A stretch of 64,000 nucleotides of DNA. Source: an uncultured Candidatus Saccharibacteria bacterium. Its GTDB lineage: Bacteria; Patescibacteriota; Minisyncoccia; UBA6257; 2-01-FULL-56-20. The DNA lies in contig CAYHXC010000002.1 in assembly GCA_964360585.1 (NCBI GenBank), forward strand, positions 5,641 to 69,640. Direction: 5' to 3'. The notes below the pieces were generated by a model. It was given only the letters and a program-made list of their open reading frames with translations. It did no database searches and had not been told where the DNA came from. A program made the translations under genes and the position numbers. This document shows, piece after piece, positions 37,260-48,348 of the stretch. Numbering within the stretch: the stretch's first letter is position 1; each line of letters starts with the position of its first letter.

Positions 37260-37856
37260 CTAGATAAGGTGATGGAGAGCACCGGCACTTCCTACTTCAA
37301 AAATCTCGACGTGCTTGCCTAAACCTAGACAATATAAATCCTTAATCAATTCTTTAGGGATTTTTGTTTTGCCGAGCCAAACACTTTTTTGAATTTGTCT
37401 TAACCCCAGTTCGCGAAGAACAAGACGAAGCCAATCTCGCTTACGTCTGTCTTTTTCAGGTATATCGAAAGCAACGATAACTGGTTTACCAATCTTTTCT
37501 GCGTGGTAGTTGGCCAGTGGCAATTCTTCCTTTCGGAATCGCCGATAATCTTCTAAGCGCCTGCGTCCAGTTTTTGTTATAGTAAAGAACTTACCCTTTT
37601 CTTTTTCGTTTTCCGAAATCAAACCTGCCTGCTTCAAATAATAGAGCAGATTGTAGTATCGTTGTTTTTCGCTCGTAGTCTTTCGTAACTTCCTCCCTCG
37701 AGTCCTTCTCTCCTTTTGCACGATATTGGTCATCGCATTTAGTTTTTTGAACGAAGCACCATATCCTGCTCGTAAAAAGGCTTCGAAAAGATCAGTGCTT
37801 GTTACAGCCGCATCCTTCACCGCTTCAAGAATTCTAAAAGTGATATCTCCTCTCAT
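37260..37856 (-). CDS. PaaX-like winged-helix protein with Cas2-like C-terminal domain
   Basis: LYYLKQAGLI..ITKTGR winged helix and IVAFDIPEKDRRKRDWLR..LRQIQKSVW domain. Confidence 0.82.
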   Translation of the reverse strand: MRGDITFRILEAVKDAAVTSTDLFEAFLRAGYGASFKKLNAMTNIVQKERRTRGRKLRKTTSEKQRYYNLLYYLKQAGLISENEKEKGKFFTITKTGRRRLEDYRRFRKEELPLANYHAEKIGKPVIVAFDIPEKDRRKRDWLRLVLRELGLRQIQKSVWLGKTKIPKELIKDLYCLGLGKHVEIFEVGSAGALHHLI

Positions 37857-37896
37857 GTTGCTATTATATCAAACGATCGTTTTATATAATAGCAAC
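37857..37896. repeat. 40-bp palindrome with one mismatch, containing a TATAAT box next to the start codon
   Basis: GTTGCTATTATATCAAACGATCGTTTTATATAATAGCAAC. Confidence 0.9.
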
Positions 37897-37898
37897 GA

Positions 37899-39935
<2,037 letters not shown>

Positions 39936-40058
39936 TCAACTTAAGATTGCCACGCTCCGCTCGCAATGACAAGCGAAAATCAGCCAGATCCAAGTTGTAA
40001 ATTCTTTCTCATTACTTTTCTTCGTGCGTAATTCGAGGCGGCAACGAGCATTCATTTT

Positions 40059-40180
40059 ACTTAGATAAGAAATTGAGCAGATTCAAGGCTTGGCCGAGTA
40101 CCGCAACCGAGATGTATTCAACATACACCGAGGGCGGAACGCAGGCCGTAACGCAGAATCTGCCCAATTTATTTCTAAGT
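40059..40180 (-). repeat. structured intergenic repeat, family A (other copies at 45500, 48200, 50693, 52540, 57340, 57645)
   Basis: Core AAGGCTTGGCCGAGTACCGC..GGCGGAACGCAGGCCGTAACG inside copy-specific inverted repeats. Confidence 0.75.
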
Positions 40181-40182
40181 TT

Positions 40183-40638
40183 TTACTGTTCGAAAGCGCG
40201 ATTAGCACGTCCCGCCGCCCCATACGATCGAATAACCGCTGGAAAATTGGTGCCATCATCCTTACATGGATCAATAATATCGTCGGGACCGGGATCAATA
40301 TCGGTCGAATAACACACGATTTTATCAATCTTCGCGCCGTTTCCAATCCCATTTTGATCAGTCATATCAAGAGAGGCGGGAACAATGGCATTCGGAAATC
40401 GCAGGGTGTAGTTCGCAAGTTCAATACCAGCATCAGCAGCGAAAATCGCTTTATTTGAGTCACGAAGATCGGTTGACTGGCGAATCTGGTGAAGCATCAA
40501 AAGTCCGGCAATGGTCGTCGCGCCCAAAAGGGTGCCGCCCAAAGCAATCACCGTCAGCAACATTGCCTGCCCTGAGTTATGTCGAAGGGCCTGCCCGGAA
40601 CGAAACTGCGGTTTCTTTAGAATCAAAGTTTTACTCAT
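40183..40638 (-). CDS. minor pilin-like protein (PilX-type N-terminus)
   Basis: SGQAMLLTVIAL hydrophobic segment and AIFAADAGIE motif. Confidence 0.7.
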   Translation of the reverse strand: MSKTLILKKPQFRSGQALRHNSGQAMLLTVIALGGTLLGATTIAGLLMLHQIRQSTDLRDSNKAIFAADAGIELANYTLRFPNAIVPASLDMTDQNGIGNGAKIDKIVCYSTDIDPGPDDIIDPCKDDGTNFPAVIRSYGAAGRANRAFEQ

Positions 40639-41656
40639 CGGGAGCAATTTCAATTCTCCCACCCTGTTTATATTTGTTACCTCCCAAACCATCACACGAG
40701 TTCAATGAGATTGAAGCATCCGGCGCCATGCCAAAAACGCCATTTTGATTGACACTGACAAGTGGTTTATAGGTACCGGCATTATACCGACAGGCAAAAG
40801 TAGCGGTCGTACTGGCCGTAAGAATAGTCCCGGAGCTAGGATTCTTTCCTTTTTCATCGCAAATAAACTGATAGATCATTGGCAGATTACTGGTTGTGGA
40901 CACTGTCGCCGTAAGACTAACCCTGATCGGCGCCTGGCCACATGAGGGAGAGGTGGTCATCGTCACGTCAATTTCCGGTAGCGTCGCCTGCGGCGCGGGC
41001 GCGAAATTTGTAGTAACAGAGTTGGCAACTAACCAACCAACCACATCACTTCCCCAAGCGTACCCTAAGAGAACACCTTTTGTGCCGCTCTTTGAGGCTA
41101 CAAACCCAGGATACGGCTGGCGCGTTACGGAAGTAATCCCCTCGCTAAAACTGACCCAGCCGTCCCAGCCGCCAGAATTGATACCTGGACCGGAAGAAAC
41201 GCACTGATCAGCTTTCCCATCACCATCGGTATCAACAGTAAAATCACAACCGGCCAAAAACCGCCCCCAACCTTCCATTTTTTTTGTTGACGCCAGAGGA
41301 TCAATCCAGGCAGTTGAGGTTGCGCCAGAACTATTAAAAGGAGCGCCCGGTGGTGTCCTCGTTTGGTTGCGATTAAAACTTAGCCAACCGGCATTCGGCG
41401 TCCAAGCATATCCACTAAATGCGCCCGTATTGTTATCAATAATAACTTGGTATGCAGCTGAAGAGGGGCCGGGACAATTAAACGTATTTTTTCCGCCGCA
41501 AAAACTGATCCAGCCAATATTCGGCGACCAGATCCAACCTTCCAGTTTAAGATCGGCAGATGCGCCATTGGCTGGCTGGCCTACAAAGAAAACCACGCAA
41601 AGGATTGTAACAAAAGCAATACTGCCAAAAAAAATGAGTCGCGAAGGAAAAGACAT
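40631..41656 (-). CDS. secreted pilus-associated protein with GWxWSxNxGWISF repeats
   Basis: Repeated GWIWSPNIGWISF / GYAWTPNAGWLSF / GYAWGSDVVGWL and a PKD-like tail. Confidence 0.75.
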   Translation of the reverse strand: MSFPSRLIFFGSIAFVTILCVVFFVGQPANGASADLKLEGWIWSPNIGWISFCGGKNTFNCPGPSSAAYQVIIDNNTGAFSGYAWTPNAGWLSFNRNQTRTPPGAPFNSSGATSTAWIDPLASTKKMEGWGRFLAGCDFTVDTDGDGKADQCVSSGPGINSGGWDGWVSFSEGITSVTRQPYPGFVASKSGTKGVLLGYAWGSDVVGWLVANSVTTNFAPAPQATLPEIDVTMTTSPSCGQAPIRVSLTATVSTTSNLPMIYQFICDEKGKNPSSGTILTASTTATFACRYNAGTYKPLVSVNQNGVFGMAPDASISLNSCDGLGGNKYKQGGRIEIAPDE

Positions 41657-41695
41657 GCGCTTTTATTATATCACACTGAAACTTCCCTCTCCCCG

Positions 41696-42376
41696 TTAAA
41701 GATCCGGGAGGAAACAGAGAAATCCTTGTCGCGAGGAAACGGTGGTCTGAATTTCGGTGAGATCATCGCGCACTCCTTGTTCGGATCGAGGACTGACGCC
41801 AAGGGCGATTGTAACACGCGGGGCGTGGTCGGGTGTGGCATCCGGATCGCCTACCGGACAGTTCCCTAGCTGTTCGAATCGAAGATAGCGAATAGCCACA
41901 TTTTCGGCCGTAACCGCTTCACCTCCTGGTGCGAGAAGGTCTGAAGCATTTAACCGCATGAGATTATTAGAAGCATCACGCCAATAGGTTATCCGCTGAC
42001 GTTTGGCATTCTGAAACTCCAAGCGACAGTCATCGCACACACCCGGCATGGGAGAAACAATAAAACCAACGCCGGTTCGAATTTCTCGCGCCATCTGTTC
42101 AATAGCCAAGCTGGCGTTACTATTCGCCGCGACGAGTGCTTGCACCTGCCGTTGTGCTCGCAAGGCTCCGACAAATGCTCCCACACCCACCGAAAATACC
42201 GTAGCAAAAAGTGCCACCGAAACTAACGTTTCTATGAGAGTGAACCCCCCCACCTCAGAACAACTAAAAAACTCAAATATATTTTTCTTCCAGAATGGAA
42301 TTTTGCTTTTCCCATCGTCTCTTGCATGAGGTGGGGGGGTGAACCCTTCACGGTTTTTGTAATCAATACGATTCAT
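41696..42376 (-). CDS. type IV pilin-like protein with in-frame insertion in its leader
   Basis: GFTLIETLVSV N-methylation motif. Confidence 0.85.
   Translation of the reverse strand: MNRIDYKNREGFTPPPHARDDGKSKIPFWKKNIFEFFSCSEVGGFTLIETLVSVALFATVFSVGVGAFVGALRAQRQVQALVAANSNASLAIEQMAREIRTGVGFIVSPMPGVCDDCRLEFQNAKRQRITYWRDASNNLMRLNASDLLAPGGEAVTAENVAIRYLRFEQLGNCPVGDPDATPDHAPRVTIALGVSPRSEQGVRDDLTEIQTTVSSRQGFLCFLPDL
42246..42338. mobile_element. in-frame MITE-like insertion
   Basis: Perfect TIR CCCCCCACCTCA/TGAGGTGGGGGG and GTGAAC duplication. The net 99 bp is 33 codons. Confidence 0.8.
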
Positions 42377-42377
42377 A

Positions 42378-42935
42378 CTAAGGAATGGTGGAGGAAGGAT
42401 TAAAGAAATAATCGATTAGATTCACTTCGTTATCGCCGGTTTTATCTTTCCAGCGAACCAACGATTGCACAACCATCTGATCATCGGCCATCCCCTCGGG
42501 TGTTCCTAGATATGAGATCAACACGGTTCGATAGAAAATAGTTGGCTTAGCATTCACTTCGTTATGATCGTAGAAACCGGTATCAGAATGATAGTACAAT
42601 GGCTTGCCATCAATCGGATAGAGTCCGGAATACTCGGGGAGATTGTCACATGGCCACGTTTCGGGAACAGATAGGTGGTAGTCAAGCTGATAATTTCCAG
42701 CCGGAAGACCAACGCGCCAGTTATCGCATTTATCATCATTTGTATCCACGATGTTTTTAACAAGTTCAATGCCTTCGGCGGCGAGATAGGTGCCACGATA
42801 GTTATTCGAGACCACCTCATTAAAACCAAGCGATGAATTCAAAAGGATAATGATACCCAAAAATCCGACGGTTAAGGCGCCGAGCGCCACCACCATCTCA
42901 ATAATCGTCTGTCCTTCGTGTGCCTGAAATCGCAT
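42378..42935 (-). CDS. minor pilin (PilV-like)
   Basis: GQTIIEMVVAL and YLAAEGIE motifs. Confidence 0.8.
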   Translation of the reverse strand: MRFQAHEGQTIIEMVVALGALTVGFLGIIILLNSSLGFNEVVSNNYRGTYLAAEGIELVKNIVDTNDDKCDNWRVGLPAGNYQLDYHLSVPETWPCDNLPEYSGLYPIDGKPLYYHSDTGFYDHNEVNAKPTIFYRTVLISYLGTPEGMADDQMVVQSLVRWKDKTGDNEVNLIDYFFNPSSTIP

Positions 42936-42939
42936 GGGT

Positions 42940-43581
42940 CTAATCTATAAAATTATACGCCACCTGGCCGCCTTGGCCGACGGTGATACGGATTCGGCCG
43001 CTGCCGTTTTTATTTTTTACGACAATCGAGCTACTACTCGCGCGCAATTTCGTACCATCCGGGGCGAAGAAGTAGATTTGGGGATCGGGCGGTCGGAAAA
43101 CAATATCCGCGGCCGTCGTCTCGCTCGCATCAAACACCACATTGCGCGATAAAACATACTCCCCTCGTTCGGCCACCACCCGATCATAGTTTGAGATGAT
43201 CGAAGTAGAGCTGCCGATATTGGCGCACAAAGGCACGGGAATACTGGGATCAGGTTGGAGTTTCTTGAGATACCGATTGAGACTGAACTTTCCCGGATCG
43301 GAAGCAAGATCAATTGAGAGACCGTGGGCGCAGGTTACGCGACTGACATCAGGATCACGATAGGCGGAGATGGCCAAAGATTTTGACCGCAAGATAACGT
43401 CTATAACCTTAGAAGCCTCGACGTAGAGGGTCACCTGATCATGGCCAATGCGGCTGAAAGACACGAGTGTGCCGGAGATAATCGCCATAATCGCGACTAC
43501 AACCAAAAGTTCGATCATGGTAAATCCTTCACGAGGGGTGAGGGTTAAGGGTAGAGGGTTAAGGGTAGATTTTTTAATCAT
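42940..43581 (-). CDS. type IV pilin-like protein
   Basis: GFTMIELLVVVAI motif. Confidence 0.85.
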   Translation of the reverse strand: MIKKSTLNPLPLTLTPREGFTMIELLVVVAIMAIISGTLVSFSRIGHDQVTLYVEASKVIDVILRSKSLAISAYRDPDVSRVTCAHGLSIDLASDPGKFSLNRYLKKLQPDPSIPVPLCANIGSSTSIISNYDRVVAERGEYVLSRNVVFDASETTAADIVFRPPDPQIYFFAPDGTKLRASSSSIVVKNKNGSGRIRITVGQGGQVAYNFID

Positions 43582-43946
43582 CTTTCTAGAATTTTTCCGT
43601 GACCTAACTTTTTCATCAGTACAGTAAGCATCTTTTGAATTTCTTCAATCAGATTTTTCGCCTCTCTAAAATCTTGCCCAGGATAAAGTTCTTCGGCAAT
43701 AATGATCTGAGTTTCTAACTCACCAGCCGAACCATTCGCCACACCTAAAAATTGAATATATTCTTTCCGATTTCTTCTTTTGTATCCTTCGGCAACATTT
43801 GAAGGAATAGAAACGGCACATCGCCTCATTTGGCTTGAAAGACTGTACAATTCACTTTTGGGAAATTGATCAGTAATGCGATAAATGACCTTCACTAATG
43901 CAACTCCTTTCTTCCAAACCTCCAGATCTTTAAACGAGATTAACAT
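43578..43946 (-). CDS. four-helix bundle protein (23S rRNA-IVP/S23 family)
   Basis: SFKDLEVWKK, FPKSELYSLSSQMRR, SIPSNVAEG and GSAGELETQ motifs. Confidence 0.92.
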   Translation of the reverse strand: MLISFKDLEVWKKGVALVKVIYRITDQFPKSELYSLSSQMRRCAVSIPSNVAEGYKRRNRKEYIQFLGVANGSAGELETQIIIAEELYPGQDFREAKNLIEEIQKMLTVLMKKLGHGKILER

Positions 43947-43991
43947 TGCATGAATCAGTCCTAAACCCTCTACCCATCCCCCTATACCCTA

Positions 43992-44849
43992 TTATAGGCG
44001 AAAGAGGTGAAAGTAGAAATCGAGAATCTGGAAGCCAAAAAGGAAGACGAGGACAGAAGATAAAACGAGAAATGGACCAAACGGCAGGAAATCTTTGCGT
44101 TTTTTCTGTCCGGCAAGGAGAAGGGGCAAGGCCCAGAACGTGCCAAGAATGAAAGCAAGCGGAATGAGAAGGCCGATATCCGGCCAGCCGAATAATAATC
44201 CCAAAGCCGCCCCGAGCTTCAGATCGCCGCCGCCCATCCCCCGTCCTCGCGAAAGAACAATGAGCACGAGGAAAAAGAGAAGTCCGGCCGCACAGCCAAG
44301 AGTATGGTCAAGCCAGATATTTGATCCAAAACGAAAGAGAAGCGCGTAGTGGCCGATAAATGTTTCGGTAAAGGCGGTGAATGTGTCAGCCTTGAGAAGA
44401 ATTAAGGGGAAAGCTAGGAAAAATAAAAAAATGTTCAGCTCATCCGGAATAATCCGGAGACGAAGATCGATGAGCGCCACGAGAAGCAGGGCGAGAAATG
44501 CCAGGATCCAAATAATAGGGGTTAGTGGGTAGGGGTTAGTGGGTAGGGAAGAGAAAACTCCCAATCGCCACGGCACCATGATGAAAACAAGTCCGGAAAG
44601 AATTTCAACGAGCGGGTATTGCAAACTCAAATGTTTTTTACAAGAACGACAAAGGCCGCCCTGCACCAGAAAGCTAAGAAGTGGAATGAGTTCATACCAC
44701 CGAAGCTGTTTCCCACAATGGGGACAGTGCGAGCGGCCTCCTAAAATATCGGAATGGAACAAAAAACGTTCTGGATCATACCGAAGCGCCACCACATTCA
44801 GAAAACTCCCGATCATCAATCCGAAGATGAAAAAAGGGAGGAAAGCCAT
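43992..44849 (-). CDS. pilD: prepilin peptidase
   Basis: GSFLNV, RSHCPHC, MGGGDLKL and PFGPFL motifs. Confidence 0.93.
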   Translation of the reverse strand: MAFLPFFIFGLMIGSFLNVVALRYDPERFLFHSDILGGRSHCPHCGKQLRWYELIPLLSFLVQGGLCRSCKKHLSLQYPLVEILSGLVFIMVPWRLGVFSSLPTNPYPLTPIIWILAFLALLLVALIDLRLRIIPDELNIFLFFLAFPLILLKADTFTAFTETFIGHYALLFRFGSNIWLDHTLGCAAGLLFFLVLIVLSRGRGMGGGDLKLGAALGLLFGWPDIGLLIPLAFILGTFWALPLLLAGQKKRKDFLPFGPFLVLSSVLVFLFGFQILDFYFHLFRL

Positions 44850-44858
44850 GCGCTTGAA

Positions 44859-45278
44859 CTAGAAAGTCAAACAGTAAACGTCGACAGCATCACAACTGAT
44901 ATCAGGACCAGCGCCACCATTACTCAAAGAGCCTCCGGTGCCAAAATGACTGCCATTTAAAGACGCACTCCGTTCCCCTTCTAATTTAGCTCCAAGCACA
45001 TACACATTACCGTCGCTCGTGTAATAGTATGGAGTGTCATTAGGATCATTCGGAATACGTAACATAGCGCCCAAATCACCCAAACTGGACGGATAAAGTC
45101 CATATCGGTTGAAGTATAATTGCAAACCAGTCTGGATCTGATGCAACTCGGCCGCTCGTCTGGTGTCTCGGCTCTGGTTCAGACTCGGCCGCAAGCCGAC
45201 TAAAACGATACCGGCCAAGATTGAGATGATCGCCACAACGATCAAAAGCTCGATGAGAGTAAAACCTTTTCGATTCAT
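44859..45278 (-). CDS. type IV pilin / GspG-like protein
   Basis: KGFTLIELLIVVAII, SRDTRR and C-terminal Cys pair. Confidence 0.88.
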   Translation of the reverse strand: MNRKGFTLIELLIVVAIISILAGIVLVGLRPSLNQSRDTRRAAELHQIQTGLQLYFNRYGLYPSSLGDLGAMLRIPNDPNDTPYYYTSDGNVYVLGAKLEGERSASLNGSHFGTGGSLSNGGAGPDISCDAVDVYCLTF

Positions 45279-45298
45279 ATGTCTTTTTATACGTGTGC

Positions 45299-45460
45299 AG
45301 AGTCCATCTCAAAAATCCATTTCTATAACAATGACGAAATTTCCGGCTGCAAGCCACTCATCCCTCCTCTCCATAGCTACGGCTATGCTTCGTCGGGCTT
45401 CATGCCTTTCGCTCGGAACTTTAGTATGTTATGACGAAAGCGATTTTTGAGATGGACTCT
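45299..45460. mobile_element. MITE-like element upstream of the pilin gene
   Basis: 19-bp TIR AGAGTCCATCTCAAAAATC / GATTTTTGAGATGGACTCT. Confidence 0.65.
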
Positions 45461-45622
45461 AGCGAATCTCGACCTTTTTGTATATTTCCCATTCTACAAC
45501 TTTGAATTATGAATGGCCATCGGCAAGGCTTGATTGAGTACCGTAACCGAGGTGTATTTAAAATACATCGAGGGCGGAACGCAAATCGTAACGCTGCAGA
45601 TGGCTATTCATAATTTCAAAGA

Positions 45623-46834
45623 CTACTGGAATGTAGAAACTAACTTGTAAAGAGGAATCAGGATTGATCCGAATAGAAGTCCGGTCAAAAGACCCAATCC
45701 CACCATCAGAACCGGCTGAATCAGCTCGGTCATGTTGTTAATTGTATCATCCAGCTCCCGACCGTACAAGGTAGCGATACGTGTGAATATCTCATCCACC
45801 TGTCCGGTAATCTCTCCGACGGCTAACATCTGCGGCACCAGTGTGGGAAAGTAGTCCGGCTGGCGCGCCATGGCTTTTGAAATCGTATCTCCTTGCCGCA
45901 CGGCATTACTAATATCACGAAGCAGTTCTTCATAGACAGCGTTATCCACAGTCTGACTCACAATCTCGAGCGTTTGCGCGACCGGCACGCCACCATGCAA
46001 AAGAATGGCGGCGTTATTCGAGATGCGGGTAATGACAAGCGGCGTATAAATCTTCCCCACAATCGGCAAGCGAATTTTCAGCTCATCAAATACCGCTTCG
46101 CCTTCCTTCGTCCGAGCATAATCAAGAATAGTCGCCATAATGACGACCAACGAAATGATGAGCGCGAGCCACCAGCGGCTCAAGAAATCACCGCTCGAGA
46201 GAAGTATTCGGGTGAAAAGCGGCAGGTCCACTTTAGCTTGCGCAAAGATCGGACCGATCTGCGGAAAAACAACAGTAATTAAAAGTACCGAAACACCGAT
46301 AAAAAGAAAGACAACGATAATGGGATACATCAGCGCCGATTTCACTTTACTCGTGATCACCAGTTCTTTTTCATAGTAGTCAGCCAAAAAAGCGGCCGCT
46401 TCGGCCAGGTTGCCCGTGACTTCCGAGGCGCGGATAAGACTGATAAAAAATTCAGAGAAGACACTGCTCTGCCGTTCCAGGGCCTGGGAAAAAGACAAAC
46501 CGGAGTTAATATCTTCGGCGACTAAGGTGACCGCTTCTTTCAGGGTTGTATTTTGAGTTTGCTGGACTAAATTCCGCAGGGCGTCGCCAAGCGGTAAGCG
46601 GGCATTTAAAAGAAGGGCCAGCTGACGACTGAAAATGACGAAGTCTTTTCTTCGCACCAGCGAGAAATAACTGGCCAGACGATCATACCAGTGAATCGAC
46701 TCGGCCGCTTCGAGCGTGAGGATGAAAAGATTGTGGCTGGCTAAAATACTGGCGGCGCTATCTTTCGTGCCAGCCTCAATAAAACCGACTTGCAGTTCTC
46801 CTTCGCGCGTTTTTGCTTGGTACTTATATTTCAT
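45623..46834 (-). CDS. pilC: type IV pilus platform protein
   Basis: FSRQLA, SEVTGNL, SALMYP and GEITGQV motifs (GspF family). Confidence 0.92.
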   Translation of the reverse strand: MKYKYQAKTREGELQVGFIEAGTKDSAASILASHNLFILTLEAAESIHWYDRLASYFSLVRRKDFVIFSRQLALLLNARLPLGDALRNLVQQTQNTTLKEAVTLVAEDINSGLSFSQALERQSSVFSEFFISLIRASEVTGNLAEAAAFLADYYEKELVITSKVKSALMYPIIVVFLFIGVSVLLITVVFPQIGPIFAQAKVDLPLFTRILLSSGDFLSRWWLALIISLVVIMATILDYARTKEGEAVFDELKIRLPIVGKIYTPLVITRISNNAAILLHGGVPVAQTLEIVSQTVDNAVYEELLRDISNAVRQGDTISKAMARQPDYFPTLVPQMLAVGEITGQVDEIFTRIATLYGRELDDTINNMTELIQPVLMVGLGLLTGLLFGSILIPLYKLVSTFQ

Positions 46835-46919
46835 GACTAGGGTTTAGGGTCGAGGGCTTAGGGTCGAGGGTCTTTGGTTCCAACTACACCCCATACCCTA
46901 ACCACTATCCCATGATTTT

Positions 46920-47996
46920 TTACATACGTTCGAGGAGGATTCGCAGCTCGGCAGGGTTTAAGGAGTAGAGTTCCGCGTTCTCCAGGGAAATTTCCTTGTT
47001 CTTTACCAGCGTCGCAAGCGAACGGTTCAAGGTGACCATCCCCTCCTGGACACTGGTTTCGATAACCAGATCAATCTGATAGATCTTTCGTTCGCGAATT
47101 AAGTTCCGAATAGCTGGGTTCACAATCATGATTTCATTCACGGGAATACGTCCGCCGGACAAACGCGGCACAAGACGCTGGGAAACGATCGCAACGAGCG
47201 TCGCCGCCAGCTGGGACATAGCCTGGGACTGTTGTTCCGGCGGGAAAGAATCGATGATACGGTCAATCGTCTGAGCGGCAGAGTTGGTGTGAAGCGTGGA
47301 AAAAACCAAGTGACCGGTTTCTGACGCGGTCATGGCCGTGGCGATCGAGGTGGCGTCACGCATTTCACCGATCATAACCACGTCCGGATCCTGACGGAGA
47401 ACGGTGCGCAGTCCGGCGCTGAAACTGGGAATGTCCGTCTCTACTTCTTTTTGCGAGATGATCGCCCGATCCTGGGCAAAAACATACTCGATCGGATCTT
47501 CAATGGTAATAATGTGATCGGTGCGGGTGTGGTTGATCTCGTCTAAGATGGCCGCGAGCGTGGTTGATTTTCCATGACCGGCCGGACCGACAACCAGAAC
47601 GAACCCTTGAGAGAGTTTAGAAAAATCGTGGAGAATCGGTGGCAAGGAAAGTTCTTCGAGCGTGCGGACGTGCGGCGGAATGAGACGCAAGGCAGCGGCC
47701 ATATAGCCACGCTGGAAGTAGACGTTGGCGCGAAAACGAGCCTTGTCTTCATAACTATAAGCAAAGTCCAGCTGGCGCTCGTCCACAAATCTTTTCTGCT
47801 GTTCAGGCACAAGGAGATTCATAATTAATCCTTGAGCCATCTCCGGCGTCACAATCTCCTCTTTCTGCAGGGGCACTAAAACCCCATCTAAACGAAGCGA
47901 CGGCCGGCGGCCGACGCTGATATGGAGGTCGGAAGCATTCTGCTTGGCGGTTGTTAAAAGGAGCTCGTCGAGTTTTGCTTTATAATCATCAGGCAT
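46920..47996 (-). CDS. pilT: pilus retraction ATPase
   Basis: GPAGHGKSTT, TIEDPIE, LRQDPD and AIRNLIRE motifs. Confidence 0.94.
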   Translation of the reverse strand: MPDDYKAKLDELLLTTAKQNASDLHISVGRRPSLRLDGVLVPLQKEEIVTPEMAQGLIMNLLVPEQQKRFVDERQLDFAYSYEDKARFRANVYFQRGYMAAALRLIPPHVRTLEELSLPPILHDFSKLSQGFVLVVGPAGHGKSTTLAAILDEINHTRTDHIITIEDPIEYVFAQDRAIISQKEVETDIPSFSAGLRTVLRQDPDVVMIGEMRDATSIATAMTASETGHLVFSTLHTNSAAQTIDRIIDSFPPEQQSQAMSQLAATLVAIVSQRLVPRLSGGRIPVNEIMIVNPAIRNLIRERKIYQIDLVIETSVQEGMVTLNRSLATLVKNKEISLENAELYSLNPAELRILLERM

Positions 47997-48348
47997 ATCA
48001 GGGTAGTAGAAGTTCGATATTAAAGATTCCTATTCGACAATTTGTTTTCCAGGCATGAAACACCTATCGAACTTTCACAACCTGGCATAAAAAAATTATA
48101 CCATATATATTGAACTACACCTGTTTTCCTGCTTCAGTTCAGAAATTATCAGATACAAGGCTGGGTTAAACACGCAACTGAACGGTATTTAGATACTCAT
48201 CTTTTCGATTCAGAAATGGACAGGTGCGAGGCAGAGCTAAGCTCAGCTTTGCTTGGCTGAGTATCGCAAGCGAATCGTACTCCTCGGTACGATGAGTGCG
48301 AAACGGAAGCCGTAACGATGCAAATGACCGTTTATGAATCGAAAAAAC

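Noticed and set aside
37209-37896. CRISPR-Cas locus suggested by the Cas2-like domain and two repeats
   Set aside because: There are only two palindromes, separated by a whole gene, with no spacer array and no other cas genes.
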